The notes beneath the pieces are model-generated. The model saw only the letters and a list, made by a program, of their open reading frames with translations. It did not search any database and was not told the origin of the DNA. A DNA stretch of 64,000 bases from Runella sp. (GTDB lineage: Bacteria > Bacteroidota > Bacteroidia > Cytophagales > Spirosomataceae), in the NCBI RefSeq assembly GCF_965279615.1, contig NZ_OZ257252.1, forward strand, positions 7,956,641 to 8,020,640, read 5' to 3'. Positions within the stretch are counted from its first letter, which is position 1. Every line of letters starts with the position of its first letter. A program made the position numbers and the translations under genes. Positions 26,658 to 36,546 of this stretch are shown piece after piece.

Positions 26658-28040
26658 ATGCATTTTAAAATTGGCTTTACATTTTTAACGATTCTTTTTG
26701 GCGTGTTTGCCGCTAATGCGCAACATCTTCGGCATAAAGGAAGTTTGGGAATTGCTTATACAGAAGCAACCGACTCCCTGATGAGTTTGCAGCATTTACC
26801 TGACAGCCGTGGAATCTTAGTAAAAAATGTTGTGCCCGGTTTTACGGCAGCCCAATTGGGTATTCAGTCAGGCGATATTTTGGTTTCCGTTAACGATACT
26901 GATTCATTGTACCTGTTTGATTTTCGTAATTTAGAGAAAATGTTGTTTGAGCAGGAGCCGATTTCAATTACCTACATTCGAAACAGAAAAAAAAGCCGCG
27001 CTGTTGGATTTGTAGTAGCCGGCCCTAAAGAATCTACCAAAGGAGAAGTTATTTACGGTGAGGTTCCTTATCAACGCGGTTATTTACGTTCCATCGTTCA
27101 TAAACCGGCAGGAAAAACCCGTTTTCCTGCGGTATTTTATATTCAGGGGCTGGAATGCAATTCTATTGATTTTGCGAACGATTCACTTTCTCCCGTTAAA
27201 AAATTGGTTGATGGATGGGTAAAAGCCGGGTACGCCGTTTTTAGAATTGAAAAGCCCGGAGTAGGGGAGAGTGCCGGGACCAAAGATTGCAGCAGACTGA
27301 ACTTTGAGGAAGAAATGGCGGCTTTTCGTACTGCCTTTTCGTCGTTCAAAGAACTTTCATTTGTTGACAGTAGCCGCGTTTTTTTATTCGGTCATTCGAT
27401 GGGCGGAACAATGGCGCCTCTGTTAGTAGCTCAATCCGGTTCCAAACCGTTGGGAATTATGGTGTATGGTGCTGTGATAAAGCCCTGGTTTGAGCATATG
27501 CTTGACGTTTTTCGCAAACAACCCATGCTGTACAACGAATCTCTGCAATCAATAGAGGTCAATACCCGTATGTTGACGCCCTTGCTGTATGAATGGTTGG
27601 TGCAGGGTAAGACGCCAACAGAACTCCTTCAGGAGCCTGACTATGAGGCAATATTGACTTCTAAAGAAAATCCGCTTTCGTTTTATCGAGGCACCTTTTT
27701 CGGCCGTCAGTCAACGTATTTTTCGGAATTGCAAAAATACAATCTTGTCCAAGCCTGGGCACAGACGGCAGTACCGACGTTAGCCATGTACGGGGAGTTT
27801 GACGGCAAAGCCATTGACCATGAGTCGGCTCAGAACATTGCCCGGATTGTGAATGAAGTGCGTCCCGATCAAGGTACCTATAAATTATTAAAAGAAACGG
27901 ATCACAATTTTATTCAGTTGTCTTCCTTTAATGAAGCTACGCAATTGCAAAAATCAGGCAAGTATAAAGCGTATGCCAACCGTCATTTTAACGTTGAGAT
28001 CGTCGAAACAACCGTGCAATGGATGAAGCGGCAGCGTTAA
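26658..28040 (+). CDS. PDZ domain + alpha/beta hydrolase fusion
   Basis: Signal peptide; PDZ (GSLGIAY...AAQLGIQSGDILVSVN); GHSMGG nucleophile; C-terminal D and H (TDHNF). Confidence 0.85.
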   Translation: MHFKIGFTFLTILFGVFAANAQHLRHKGSLGIAYTEATDSLMSLQHLPDSRGILVKNVVPGFTAAQLGIQSGDILVSVNDTDSLYLFDFRNLEKMLFEQEPISITYIRNRKKSRAVGFVVAGPKESTKGEVIYGEVPYQRGYLRSIVHKPAGKTRFPAVFYIQGLECNSIDFANDSLSPVKKLVDGWVKAGYAVFRIEKPGVGESAGTKDCSRLNFEEEMAAFRTAFSSFKELSFVDSSRVFLFGHSMGGTMAPLLVAQSGSKPLGIMVYGAVIKPWFEHMLDVFRKQPMLYNESLQSIEVNTRMLTPLLYEWLVQGKTPTELLQEPDYEAILTSKENPLSFYRGTFFGRQSTYFSELQKYNLVQAWAQTAVPTLAMYGEFDGKAIDHESAQNIARIVNEVRPDQGTYKLLKETDHNFIQLSSFNEATQLQKSGKYKAYANRHFNVEIVETTVQWMKRQR

Positions 28041-28041
28041 A

Positions 28042-28362
28042 ATGAAAAACGAAAACAAATTGAATACCTATCAAGACATATCGCTTTCAGAAGCTGAAAC
28101 GATGGCTAAGCAGCCCGGCAGCATTGTAGTGGATGTACGAGAGCCTTGGGAGTTTGAAGAGTTTAACATTGGCGGTATCAATATTCCTTTGGGCGATATT
28201 CGGGAGCGCCGCCCGGAATTGCTTCCTTACCAAACCCTCATCGTAGTCTGCACCAATGGCACTCGCTCTCGTGTAGCAGCCAAAGATTATTGCCGTGCCG
28301 AAGAATTTCAGACTAAAAATATCTTTCATCTCAAAGGAGGAATTCTGGAAGTGGAAGATTAA
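28042..28362 (+). CDS. Rhodanese-like domain protein
   Basis: VVDVREPWEF..F.I.G.INIP, VVCTNGTRS active loop, HLKGGI. Confidence 0.9.
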   Translation: MKNENKLNTYQDISLSEAETMAKQPGSIVVDVREPWEFEEFNIGGINIPLGDIRERRPELLPYQTLIVVCTNGTRSRVAAKDYCRAEEFQTKNIFHLKGGILEVED

Positions 28363-28436
28363 GTTAAAATTTGCGGAGTAATTCCAACCATTTCTTCACA
28401 AAAAGAGTCTGGGAATAAACTCTATCTCTTATTCCC

Positions 28437-29210
28437 ATGCGAAAAATTATACATCTGCCGGTCTTAGCTCTTCTGTGGCTTTTTTCCTGTCAATCAAATG
28501 ATTCTGCTGAGTTTAGTATTGAACCCGCGCTCAGGGCTTACAATGACGAAGCTTCATGGGTTAAAATTTCCTATTGCAGCGCTGTTGATTGTGATAAACC
28601 TTACAGTGAAGAGCATTATGTTTACAATGCTGCCGGAAAGTTGGTACGTGTCAATTATATGAACCGATTGGCTTCCGGAACACTTGAGCAGGGAGCTTAT
28701 GTTGAGTATACCTATAACGGAAATGGAGAGTTGACGCGAAAAATACGATATGGTATTTATGGCACCGGTTGGGCACCTTATGATGAATCGGAATATGAGT
28801 ATGCAGGAGGAGTACTGAAAGAGGAACGGACGTACTTTAATCGGCATAATCCGGAACAAAAAGTATTGACCGGCCGAATCGCTTATGAATTTAAGGATGG
28901 AAAAAAAATAGGGCAGAATTATTACGATGATTTCAATAAGCTTTATCGCCGGACAACGTATGAGTATAAAAATAATGTATTGACTCGTGAAACCTGGTAT
29001 GGTGATAAAGACAATATGCTTCGAATTTTCGAGCACACCTTTGCAGGTAATCGTCGTCAAATTGGTGAGCACATGCCTGATACCCGCAAACAGATCGCAT
29101 TGATCGAAAAGGCATATGATGCAAAAGGGCGATTGATCACTCAGGAAACAAAAGTGAGTGACCCGCTTCTTTGTGCAATGACCCCGGGAATGGTACGTTA
29201 CAGCTATTAA
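28437..29210 (+). CDS. Hypothetical lipoprotein with YD-like beta-hairpin repeats
   Basis: Lipobox LFSC; repeated Y.YN..G.L / YEY...G.L / YD.KGRLI units. Confidence 0.75.
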   Translation: MRKIIHLPVLALLWLFSCQSNDSAEFSIEPALRAYNDEASWVKISYCSAVDCDKPYSEEHYVYNAAGKLVRVNYMNRLASGTLEQGAYVEYTYNGNGELTRKIRYGIYGTGWAPYDESEYEYAGGVLKEERTYFNRHNPEQKVLTGRIAYEFKDGKKIGQNYYDDFNKLYRRTTYEYKNNVLTRETWYGDKDNMLRIFEHTFAGNRRQIGEHMPDTRKQIALIEKAYDAKGRLITQETKVSDPLLCAMTPGMVRYSY

Positions 29211-29258
29211 TGCTCAATGAGCGTGATTTTGAAGATTTTTATTTATTGGGCTTATATG

Positions 29259-29299
29259 ATCTGTCATTTTTATGATACACAAGCATAAAGATGACAGAT
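29259..29299. terminator. Hairpin (terminator or operator) after lipoprotein gene
   Basis: ATCTGTCATTTTTATG / CATAAAGATGACAGAT, 15 of 16 positions are Watson-Crick complements, 9-nt loop. Confidence 0.45.
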
Positions 29300-29407
29300 T
29301 TATTATATAACAAGAATTAAAAATCTATTAATTTTGTCGATAAAAACTTGTTTTTTGTCTACAAAAGTGTATTTTTATGAGAAATTTAAAGTTAGGGTAA
29401 AGTGGGT

Positions 29408-29446
29408 ATGAACCTGGGTAGTTTTACTGCGCAGGTTCATTTTTTT
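29408..29446 (+). terminator. Terminator-like hairpin with no adjacent CDS
   Basis: ATGAACCTG...CAGGTTCAT followed by TTTTTT. Confidence 0.5.
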
Positions 29447-29682
29447 ATTATATATAGGATGTACTCCGGAGATTGTCCTAAACCTGCCTTTTTACCTTTG
29501 AGAAAATTATTGATACTTATTGTGCGGTTACTCTTTAACTTAGCCGTATATAGATGACAGTTTTTAAAGCAACAGGCCTCGGTTTACAAAACTATTTACG
29601 CCTTATAATGTGTTTTGGAAAAGGGGCGAATGTGAGGACTTATAGAAGCACAAAAACCAGCGTTTTCCGGTTAACGGACGTT

Positions 29683-29760
29683 CGGTCGGGTTGTGAGCAA
29701 CCCTCTGCACATTTGATCTGTTTCCTGTGCGGCGGTCGGCGGCTGCTCGCAACCCAACCG
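29683..29760. repeat. Head-to-head pair of REP-like palindromes forming a long hairpin
   Basis: CGGTCGGGTTGTGAGCAACC pairs with GGCTGCTCGCAACCCAACCG (18 of 20 incl. one G-U); inner stem CTGCACA/TGTGCGG. Confidence 0.55.
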
Positions 29761-29886
29761 GCCATCATACTGTTAGACCAATACCTTTCCTGTAAAACTC
29801 GAAAACTTTTCCTTGGCAACTTAAAACGTCAGTTCCTGAACTTTGCTTCTTGAATACAAAGAAGAAGTAGCCATTTTAAGGGTATT

Positions 29887-30159
29887 TTAAAAAAGATTTT
29901 CCCACCGGGATTCCAACTCATCCGGATTTTCAATGGATTTTACAATGCTGGAAAATACCTTTTCGGAATCAAATACATATTGAGCGTGTAAGTTGTCAAC
30001 TTCTGTCATAAGTTCGTTGATATTGCCTTTGGTGATTTTGGCTACCTCTCTCAAAATGACCTGATTGTAAGCTTTATTAAGACACTGGTCAGAGTTGATT
30101 TTACCCAAAAATGTGATAATAAGCCCCAAGGCGTTGATTGTATCGTCGTTGTGATTCAT
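29887..30159 (-). CDS. Hypothetical protein
   Basis: 90-aa ATG ORF with no opposing gene, helical composition. Confidence 0.55.
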   Translation of the reverse strand: MNHNDDTINALGLIITFLGKINSDQCLNKAYNQVILREVAKITKGNINELMTEVDNLHAQYVFDSEKVFSSIVKSIENPDELESRWENLF

Positions 30160-30448
30160 GGTATATTTTAGGGGTGTAGGGCAATGTGATACGTCCTCTT
30201 TTTTGAAAGGAGCAAATAGGTCGGCACCTAATTTATACTATTTCGAAAAAAAACCAAAAGCAAGAAGCAACAATTTAGTAAACGGTAAAATGCTGAAAAT
30301 CAAATTTCTATAACACTTGGCGGACTAAAAGGCATATAAACTGTCATGGATTATGCGACTCCTTTTTGTTCCTGCAAAAATAGTCTGACTGACCAACCGA
30401 TGTGTGTAGGCCAATTGCCTGTAAAAAGTGCTTTATTTTGATGGCATT

Positions 30449-30910
30449 TTATTTGAAATAATACATCTTGAGTAGTTTAACGGATTCTTTTCCATCTTGA
30501 GTACATGGTTCACACCAAGTACCGACTCCATTAATGGGACCTTCATAAAGCCATTTAAAATGCTTAGAATAAGACCCGTCAGCACTCTTGACCATCAGTG
30601 TCTCTTCGGCGGATAGAGTAATGTATAAAAGTAATCCGTTGGGAAAGATGATTTTAAATGCTTTTTGACCATCAGACACATCAATGCCCGCGTATTTTAA
30701 CTTTAAATGCTTAATGTCTCCTGTTTTTGTTCTGTATGTATAATCAATGGAAGATCTTTTATTACTGCCTACCCAAAAAGAATACGATTCAAAATCCGGA
30801 GAATCATAATTGCCATATGAAAAATTTGCTACGCGCCCGTTATTTTGACCAAATCCGGAAAAGATCGAAAGAGTTATCCCGATCAACGAAAAAATGAAAT
30901 GCTTTTTCAT
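30449..30910 (-). CDS. Hypothetical secreted protein
   Basis: Signal peptide; C-terminal WCEPC. Confidence 0.75.
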   Translation of the reverse strand: MKKHFIFSLIGITLSIFSGFGQNNGRVANFSYGNYDSPDFESYSFWVGSNKRSSIDYTYRTKTGDIKHLKLKYAGIDVSDGQKAFKIIFPNGLLLYITLSAEETLMVKSADGSYSKHFKWLYEGPINGVGTWCEPCTQDGKESVKLLKMYYFK

Positions 30911-31188
30911 GTTTTATTGGTTAAATTTGAACAGAAATGGTACAGTAAAGTCGCACATCATACGCGTCTAAAAAACCTTGCCACCGCAACATTTTTGTTA
31001 ATTTTTCCAAAGTTATCGGATAGAGAAGCAATGATTTGAGGACGGTTTAGGTATTGTTTTATAGATTTTAATCTTGCCAACAAAACAGTTACTTATAGGT
31101 AAAGATTTTTTGTAAAACGGTTACTTTGGACGTCAGATACTTTATTTTTGTTGGATAATTACAGTGTCGTAGAAATGATTACTGAGAT

Positions 31189-31614
31189 ATGAGAACCCCA
31201 TTGACCTTTTGGCTTGTTGACGACGATAAAGAAGATCTGCATTTATTTAAGGAAGCTTTACAGGAAATATCGGAGCGTACCCAATTTACAGCTTCTATTG
31301 ATTGTATTGACTTAATGGATATACTTCATCAATCAGAATTGCCTGATGTTCTTTTTTTAGACATAAATATGTCTAAAAAAAATGGGATGGAGTTTCTTGA
31401 AGAAATTAAGCAAGATCCTAAACTGAAAGATATCCCTGTTGTGATTTATTCCACTTCCTTACGAAAAGCAGACATTGATCGCGCTTTCAGTCTGGGGGCT
31501 CACTTTTATATCACAAAACCTTCCACTTTTGAGGATATAATTGAGGTACTTAGTAAGATGCTTACCATGGACTGGAAATATGGCAAACCTGATATAAATA
31601 ATTTTTATCTTTGA
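31189..31614 (+). CDS. Single-domain response regulator (Rcp1-like receiver)
   Basis: LVDDD, LFLDINM phospho-Asp, YSTS, ITKP. Confidence 0.9.
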   Translation: MRTPLTFWLVDDDKEDLHLFKEALQEISERTQFTASIDCIDLMDILHQSELPDVLFLDINMSKKNGMEFLEEIKQDPKLKDIPVVIYSTSLRKADIDRAFSLGAHFYITKPSTFEDIIEVLSKMLTMDWKYGKPDINNFYL

Positions 31615-31807
31615 GTAATAGCCGTCCCACAAACTTACGGTTGACTGAATAAATACCTTAGTATATATAGGCTTTCTACTGCGCTTTTTTCAAGGCTAAT
31701 GCTGACCTTCATCCTTCAACGTCAAAATCAAAGCGTTTAGAAGCCAATTCAGAGGGGTACGAAATGTGGAATTCTGCCTGTACCGACTAACTCAGTTATA
31801 TGCTTAA

Positions 31808-33832
31808 TCAAAGTTGCTCCACAAATTTTGCACTTGAGCCATTGGCGTTCATTGTCGGAAAAATAAGCCTAACTGTTGTACCGCTTCCTTCCTGACTTTC
31901 AATTTCTACAGTGCTTTGATTGGCTTCCATTAGGTCTTTTACCAGTTTGAGGCCCAACTGTGTTCCGCGTTGCGGTGATTCTTTAAGTGTTTTGGAAAAA
32001 CCGGCACCGGTATCCTGAATAATTAATTGAACGGTGTTATTTATACTTTGGGTAGCAAGTGTAATATTTCCTCCGGCCGGTGTAAATTTGAGTGAGTTCT
32101 GGAGCAGATTTCTAAGAATAATGCGAAAGTGATTTTCGTCGACCGTGACCATAGAATTCTCGTCAATATGCTTGTAGATATGGATACCTTTCACTTCGAT
32201 GCTTAACTCCAACCATTCCAGCACATCTTCTACGCCGGTTGCAATAGCTACCGGGCGTTTATGGATCGTTATTTTGTCACGTTGAGAAATGGACCAATAA
32301 AGCAGATTATCAAGGGAGGAAAGCAAGTTGTTCACCTTAGGCACCTGCTTGGCTAGATTTTCCAACAGCATACCTGAGTTCTTCGGGGGGTGCTGTATGA
32401 TATCGGTTAAACTCAATTGCAGGTTAATAACGGGCGTTCTCAGATCATGCCCGATAATACCGAGAATGCGGTCTTTATTATCATTAAGGCTCTTTAATTC
32501 ACTAGCTTGTGTTTTTATTTTCCTGATTTGCAGCGCAATGATGACAACAACAATCGCTAAAATAAATATGATCAGAAAAGTTGCCGTCTGTATTTCACGA
32601 GCTTCCCGCAGGCTTTGTGATTTACTTTGATTTTCGAGTTCCTGTATCTTTATCTTTTGAGTGAGTGATTCTTCCTTGAGCTCACTTTCGAAACGTTCCT
32701 GACTTGCCGTTAATTCAAAACCATATTTGGCAGAGGACAAACTGTCCTGAATAGACTGTATCTGTTTTGTAAGCGCCAAGGCTTCCCTAAACCGCCCCTG
32801 AGATTCTAAGATTTTCTCTTGGTTTATTAAAATCCTTTTTTTTATCCACAGCCTTGCCCCATTTTTGGCATAGTAAAGCGTTTGCTCGTGCGCTTTTTGG
32901 GCTTCTTTGTACTTGTGTTGGTGCAGATATATTTCTGTAAGACCGCAATAAGCCATCATTTTGCTCTCATCATTTACAGAGGCCAATATCGCCGGGTTAT
33001 TTGTTATTAATTGGGCCAACGTAAATGAATGAGAAAAATCTTTGAATTTTAAGTATGTTAAGACTAACTCAGCTAATCGACTATTGTAGCTGAATGCCAT
33101 TTCGTCTTTGCCCTTAAATTGCATTATTTCCTGAAAATCAGCCTCGATTGCGGTTGGGCGTTTATGAAATAGGTTTAATTCTATATTATTGACCAATGAA
33201 GATAAACTATCCTGCTTATTGTTTAAACTCTTTTTAAAAAGAGCTTGCCCCTTTTCTAAATAGGCATAGCCCAACGAATCGTTGCCGTAGTTTTGGTAGA
33301 GGAAAGCTAATAATGTGTAGTTGGAGGTGAGATTTTCTTTGGCGTTGTAGTGATTGGCGAATCTCAAATTTTCGTAAATCTGCCGGATCGTTGCGATATG
33401 ATTTGCCCTCAGGCCGGTCGCTATTGATTTTCCCGAATAGATCACAGCCAAAGCATAGCCGGTCTTTCCAATGTTGGTATTTTGGTGGTGTTTCCACCCC
33501 CAATTCCAGGATTTTCGCAAAATACCGGCAGCTTTGTCAAATTGGCCTTTGGAGCGAAAATACAGCCCCCAATGTCTATATAGCTCGGAATGGTAGGTAG
33601 TGATCCCATTTTTTCTCGCCAGTTGCAGCCCTTTTTGTACATATAGCAAACTGCTGTCGGGTTTACCCTGAAACCGAAAGTGTTGTGCCAACTCACAGTA
33701 TATTCGAATGCGAGTTGTGTCGTGTTGTGCAGTATGAGGTTGTTTCTCTAATGGATTTGAAGCATTAACTACCGGCAATAAGCTACTTAATGTCGTAATC
33801 AGCACCCAAAAGAATAATGAATGAGCGGTCAT
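31808..33832 (-). CDS. Sensor histidine kinase with TPR-like periplasmic sensor
   Basis: Signal, helical TPR-like region, TM, H-box GHDLRTP, N-box NLLQNSLKFT, G1 DTGAG. Confidence 0.88.
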   Translation of the reverse strand: MTAHSLFFWVLITTLSSLLPVVNASNPLEKQPHTAQHDTTRIRIYCELAQHFRFQGKPDSSLLYVQKGLQLARKNGITTYHSELYRHWGLYFRSKGQFDKAAGILRKSWNWGWKHHQNTNIGKTGYALAVIYSGKSIATGLRANHIATIRQIYENLRFANHYNAKENLTSNYTLLAFLYQNYGNDSLGYAYLEKGQALFKKSLNNKQDSLSSLVNNIELNLFHKRPTAIEADFQEIMQFKGKDEMAFSYNSRLAELVLTYLKFKDFSHSFTLAQLITNNPAILASVNDESKMMAYCGLTEIYLHQHKYKEAQKAHEQTLYYAKNGARLWIKKRILINQEKILESQGRFREALALTKQIQSIQDSLSSAKYGFELTASQERFESELKEESLTQKIKIQELENQSKSQSLREAREIQTATFLIIFILAIVVVIIALQIRKIKTQASELKSLNDNKDRILGIIGHDLRTPVINLQLSLTDIIQHPPKNSGMLLENLAKQVPKVNNLLSSLDNLLYWSISQRDKITIHKRPVAIATGVEDVLEWLELSIEVKGIHIYKHIDENSMVTVDENHFRIILRNLLQNSLKFTPAGGNITLATQSINNTVQLIIQDTGAGFSKTLKESPQRGTQLGLKLVKDLMEANQSTVEIESQEGSGTTVRLIFPTMNANGSSAKFVEQL

Positions 33833-34467
33833 TGGTTAATGGTTTCTACGGCTTTACATCTGCTCTGATTTTCAATTGAAGTGAAGATATCTTCGCTTGC
33901 CTCAGTCATTGGTGGTAACAATCAGGAGCATAATTTAAGTTTAAAAGCGAGTGTATAAAAAGCACAATGTGGATATTCATCCATTGCTGATTGTTGTAAT
34001 TAATGAATATAAACCCCTGATTAATAAATTTAGCTAAATAAAGGCTTCTTACCATATTTTTATGCAGACCCTTATTTTGTCTATATGAACCTAAGATTTT
34101 TTACTATAAATGAATTGATGAAGCCGATCTTTTATATACCAAAAATAATATATGTCGGAAACGACCGGCAGTTGGTTCAGGCGAGGTAGTTATGTTTGAA
34201 TTTCAACTGATTTTTCGTGGCCAAACCATAAAATTTTAAGGAAAACCCAATGAATTTGAGAAAGTTGCCATTCTTCTTTTTTGATTGTTGAAAATAATTG
34301 TTTTTGTAAGTGGCTGTTTTGTAACGATTTGTAAAATAATTGTCAAAGATTATAGAAAAAAAACAACTCGGCTAAATCTAATCAAAAGTAGAATCCCGTA
34401 AGTCTGTTTGTAATTCAAGTTACACATACTAACCAATTGTAAATACAAATTCTTATTCAAAACAATC

Positions 34468-35019
34468 ATGAAAAAAGTCGTAATGTTATTCGTCTCAGCG
34501 TTGTTTATTAACGCATCTTTTGCCCAAGGTAAAATGGAAAAAACGGTAGAAGTAGGTGGCGCTCCCATGTATCCTTCTAAAAACATCATCGAAAATGCCG
34601 TTAATTCCAAAGACCACACTACCTTGGTAGCAGCCGTGAAAGCCGCCGGGTTGGTTGAAACGTTGCAAGGTGCCGGTCCATTCACCGTATTTGCTCCAAC
34701 CAACGAAGCTTTTGACAAATTGCCAAAAGGAACGGTTGAAACATTGGTAAAACCTGAAAGCAAAGCTACACTTACTAAAATCCTGACTTACCACGTAGTG
34801 GCAGGTAAAATGGATAGCAAAACAATTGCCAAAGCGATCAAAGACGGCAACGGTACTGCTACGTTGAAAACGGTACAGGGCGGTACACTTAAAGCCATGA
34901 TGAAAGGCAATAAGTTGGTCTTGACTGACGAAAAAGGTGGAATGTCAACAGTGACCATCAAAGACGTTTACCAAAGCAATGGCGTGATTCACGTGATTGA
35001 TACAGTGGTGATGCCATAA
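34468..35019 (+). CDS. Fasciclin (FAS1) domain protein
   Basis: TTLVAAVKAAGLVETL.G.GPFTVFAPTNEAF, ILTYHVV, SNGVIHVIDTV. Confidence 0.95.
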   Translation: MKKVVMLFVSALFINASFAQGKMEKTVEVGGAPMYPSKNIIENAVNSKDHTTLVAAVKAAGLVETLQGAGPFTVFAPTNEAFDKLPKGTVETLVKPESKATLTKILTYHVVAGKMDSKTIAKAIKDGNGTATLKTVQGGTLKAMMKGNKLVLTDEKGGMSTVTIKDVYQSNGVIHVIDTVVMP

Positions 35020-35038
35020 CAAAATTAAAGTCAGGCAG

Positions 35039-35074
35039 AAGGCGGTTGGTGGTTCAGTTCATCAGCCGTTTTTT
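35039..35074 (+). terminator. Intrinsic terminator between fasciclin and cytochrome b genes
   Basis: GGCGGTTGGTG / CATCAGCCGTT stem with G-U pairs plus T-run. Confidence 0.55.
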
Positions 35075-35101
35075 GTTTCTAAATCATCCTCTTTTAAAGT
35101 C

Positions 35102-35770
35102 ATGGCGACCAAAATTATCTACAAGCATCCGTTAGCCGCTCGTTGGATGCACTGGATCAACTTTCCGGTATTGACCATCATGATCTGGAGTGGAACGCTG
35201 ATCTACTGGGCCAATGATGTTTATGCGCTTCAGGTTGGTAATTTTATGCTGTTTAAATTTTATCCCGAAGGATTTTATAAATGGTTTAATATACCTTATC
35301 GTTTGGGAGATGGCATGGCGTATCATTTCGTGTTTATGTGGCTGTTTATGCTCAATGGATTGTTGTATGTTCTTTATACTTTCATTTCGGGAGAATGGCG
35401 TTATTTGGTTCCCCAAAAAGGCGCGTTGAAGGAAAGTTGGCAAGTGGTTTTGCACGATCTGGGAATTCGAAAAGAGCTGCCTTCGCAAACCAAATACAAC
35501 GCCGCCCAACGCGTAGCTTACAGCGCCATCATTGTGATGGGAGTGGGCAGCGTGATTACGGGCTTTGCGATCTATAAACCCATTCAGGTAGGTTGGCTCA
35601 CCGCACTTTGCGGAGGATACGAAGCTGCTCGTGCCGAGCATTTTATCCTGACGGTGGGTTACGTTTTGTTCTTCTTTATTCATTTGGTACAGGTCATTCG
35701 GGCGGGTTGGAACAACTTTCGGGGAATGGTCGCAGGTTTTGAAATTGTGCGTGAAAAAGACAAATCCTAA
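35102..35770 (+). CDS. Cytochrome b/b6 domain protein (membrane electron-donor subunit)
   Basis: R.MHWIN, YHFVF, KYNAAQR..Y, R.EHF, FIHL haem-ligand His pattern. Confidence 0.88.
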   Translation: MATKIIYKHPLAARWMHWINFPVLTIMIWSGTLIYWANDVYALQVGNFMLFKFYPEGFYKWFNIPYRLGDGMAYHFVFMWLFMLNGLLYVLYTFISGEWRYLVPQKGALKESWQVVLHDLGIRKELPSQTKYNAAQRVAYSAIIVMGVGSVITGFAIYKPIQVGWLTALCGGYEAARAEHFILTVGYVLFFFIHLVQVIRAGWNNFRGMVAGFEIVREKDKS

Positions 35771-35775
35771 AAGCC

Positions 35776-36546
35776 ATGAAAGAAATAAAAATACAGGACC
35801 GGGAAATAAAGAAATATACCCGGCGAAGCTGGCTGTCGTTTGTGAAGTTTTTTGCCCTGACGGGCATTGGGTTTGCGGGCTGGCGTTGGTTGTATACGCA
35901 GCCGCTGGATGGAGGCATTTTGGGTGGTATACCTGAGCCGTTGCGTAAAGGATTGGAGATCAACGAAAAATTGTTTAAAACTACCTTCAATTCGGCAAGA
36001 TTGGTAAAAGAATATGCCAAAAGTGATGCTGCCAAAAAAGTGCGCGTAAACGGTGATGTAGGATTGGATACCGAACTCTTTGAGCCTAAAAAATGGACAC
36101 TGGAAATTCAAAAAGCAGTCGGTAAAACGGTTTCGGTCAAGCTGGAAGAGTTAATGAAATTGCCTAAAACCGAAGTGGTCTATAATTTCAAATGCATTGA
36201 AGGATGGAGTCAGGTCAGTTGGTGGGGAGGAGTGCGCTTCGCTGATTTTGCCAACCATTTTGGCTTGGAAAAAGAACTCCTGATGAACTACGTAGGGATG
36301 AGCACGCCCGATTTTGATTACTATGTAGGCATTGACATGGAAAGTGCGCTGCATCCGCAAACCATCTTGGCCTACGAAATGAACGGAAAACCCCTGCCGA
36401 TGCAACACGGCTACCCTTTACGACTGATCATTCCCGTGAAATATGGTGTGAAAAGCCTCAAACGAATTGGCAGTATTTATTTTGATAATGAAAAGCCAAG
36501 CGATTATTGGGCCGAACGTGGTTATGATTACTACATCGGACTCTAA
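35776..36546 (+). CDS. Molybdopterin-dependent oxidoreductase (sulfite oxidase/MsrP-like)
   Basis: TRRSW Tat-like motif; CIEGWS Mo-ligand Cys; LAYEMNG.PLP..HGYPLRL..P.KYGVKS.K. Confidence 0.9.
   Translation: MKEIKIQDREIKKYTRRSWLSFVKFFALTGIGFAGWRWLYTQPLDGGILGGIPEPLRKGLEINEKLFKTTFNSARLVKEYAKSDAAKKVRVNGDVGLDTELFEPKKWTLEIQKAVGKTVSVKLEELMKLPKTEVVYNFKCIEGWSQVSWWGGVRFADFANHFGLEKELLMNYVGMSTPDFDYYVGIDMESALHPQTILAYEMNGKPLPMQHGYPLRLIIPVKYGVKSLKRIGSIYFDNEKPSDYWAERGYDYYIGL

Noticed and set aside
29683-29760. SRP (4.5S) or 6S RNA
   Set aside because: No CAGG...GNRA...AGCA SRP motif on either strand; too short for 6S and lacks its central bubble; better explained as an inverted REP pair
29554-29853. 99-aa ORF on +
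   Set aside because: Runs through the palindromic repeat, has no recognisable motif and looks non-coding in composition
33829-33909. 26-aa ORF (MTEASEDIFTSIENQSRCKAVETINQ) with ATGA overlap onto the kinase start
   Set aside because: Short, no motif or signal peptide, and several competing tiny ORFs in the same AT-rich spacer; chance is likely
34375-34405. ECF sigma promoter (TAATC...CGTAA) for the fasciclin operon
   Set aside because: Plausible from context, but the spacing (13 nt) is shorter than expected for an ECF promoter; cannot be supported
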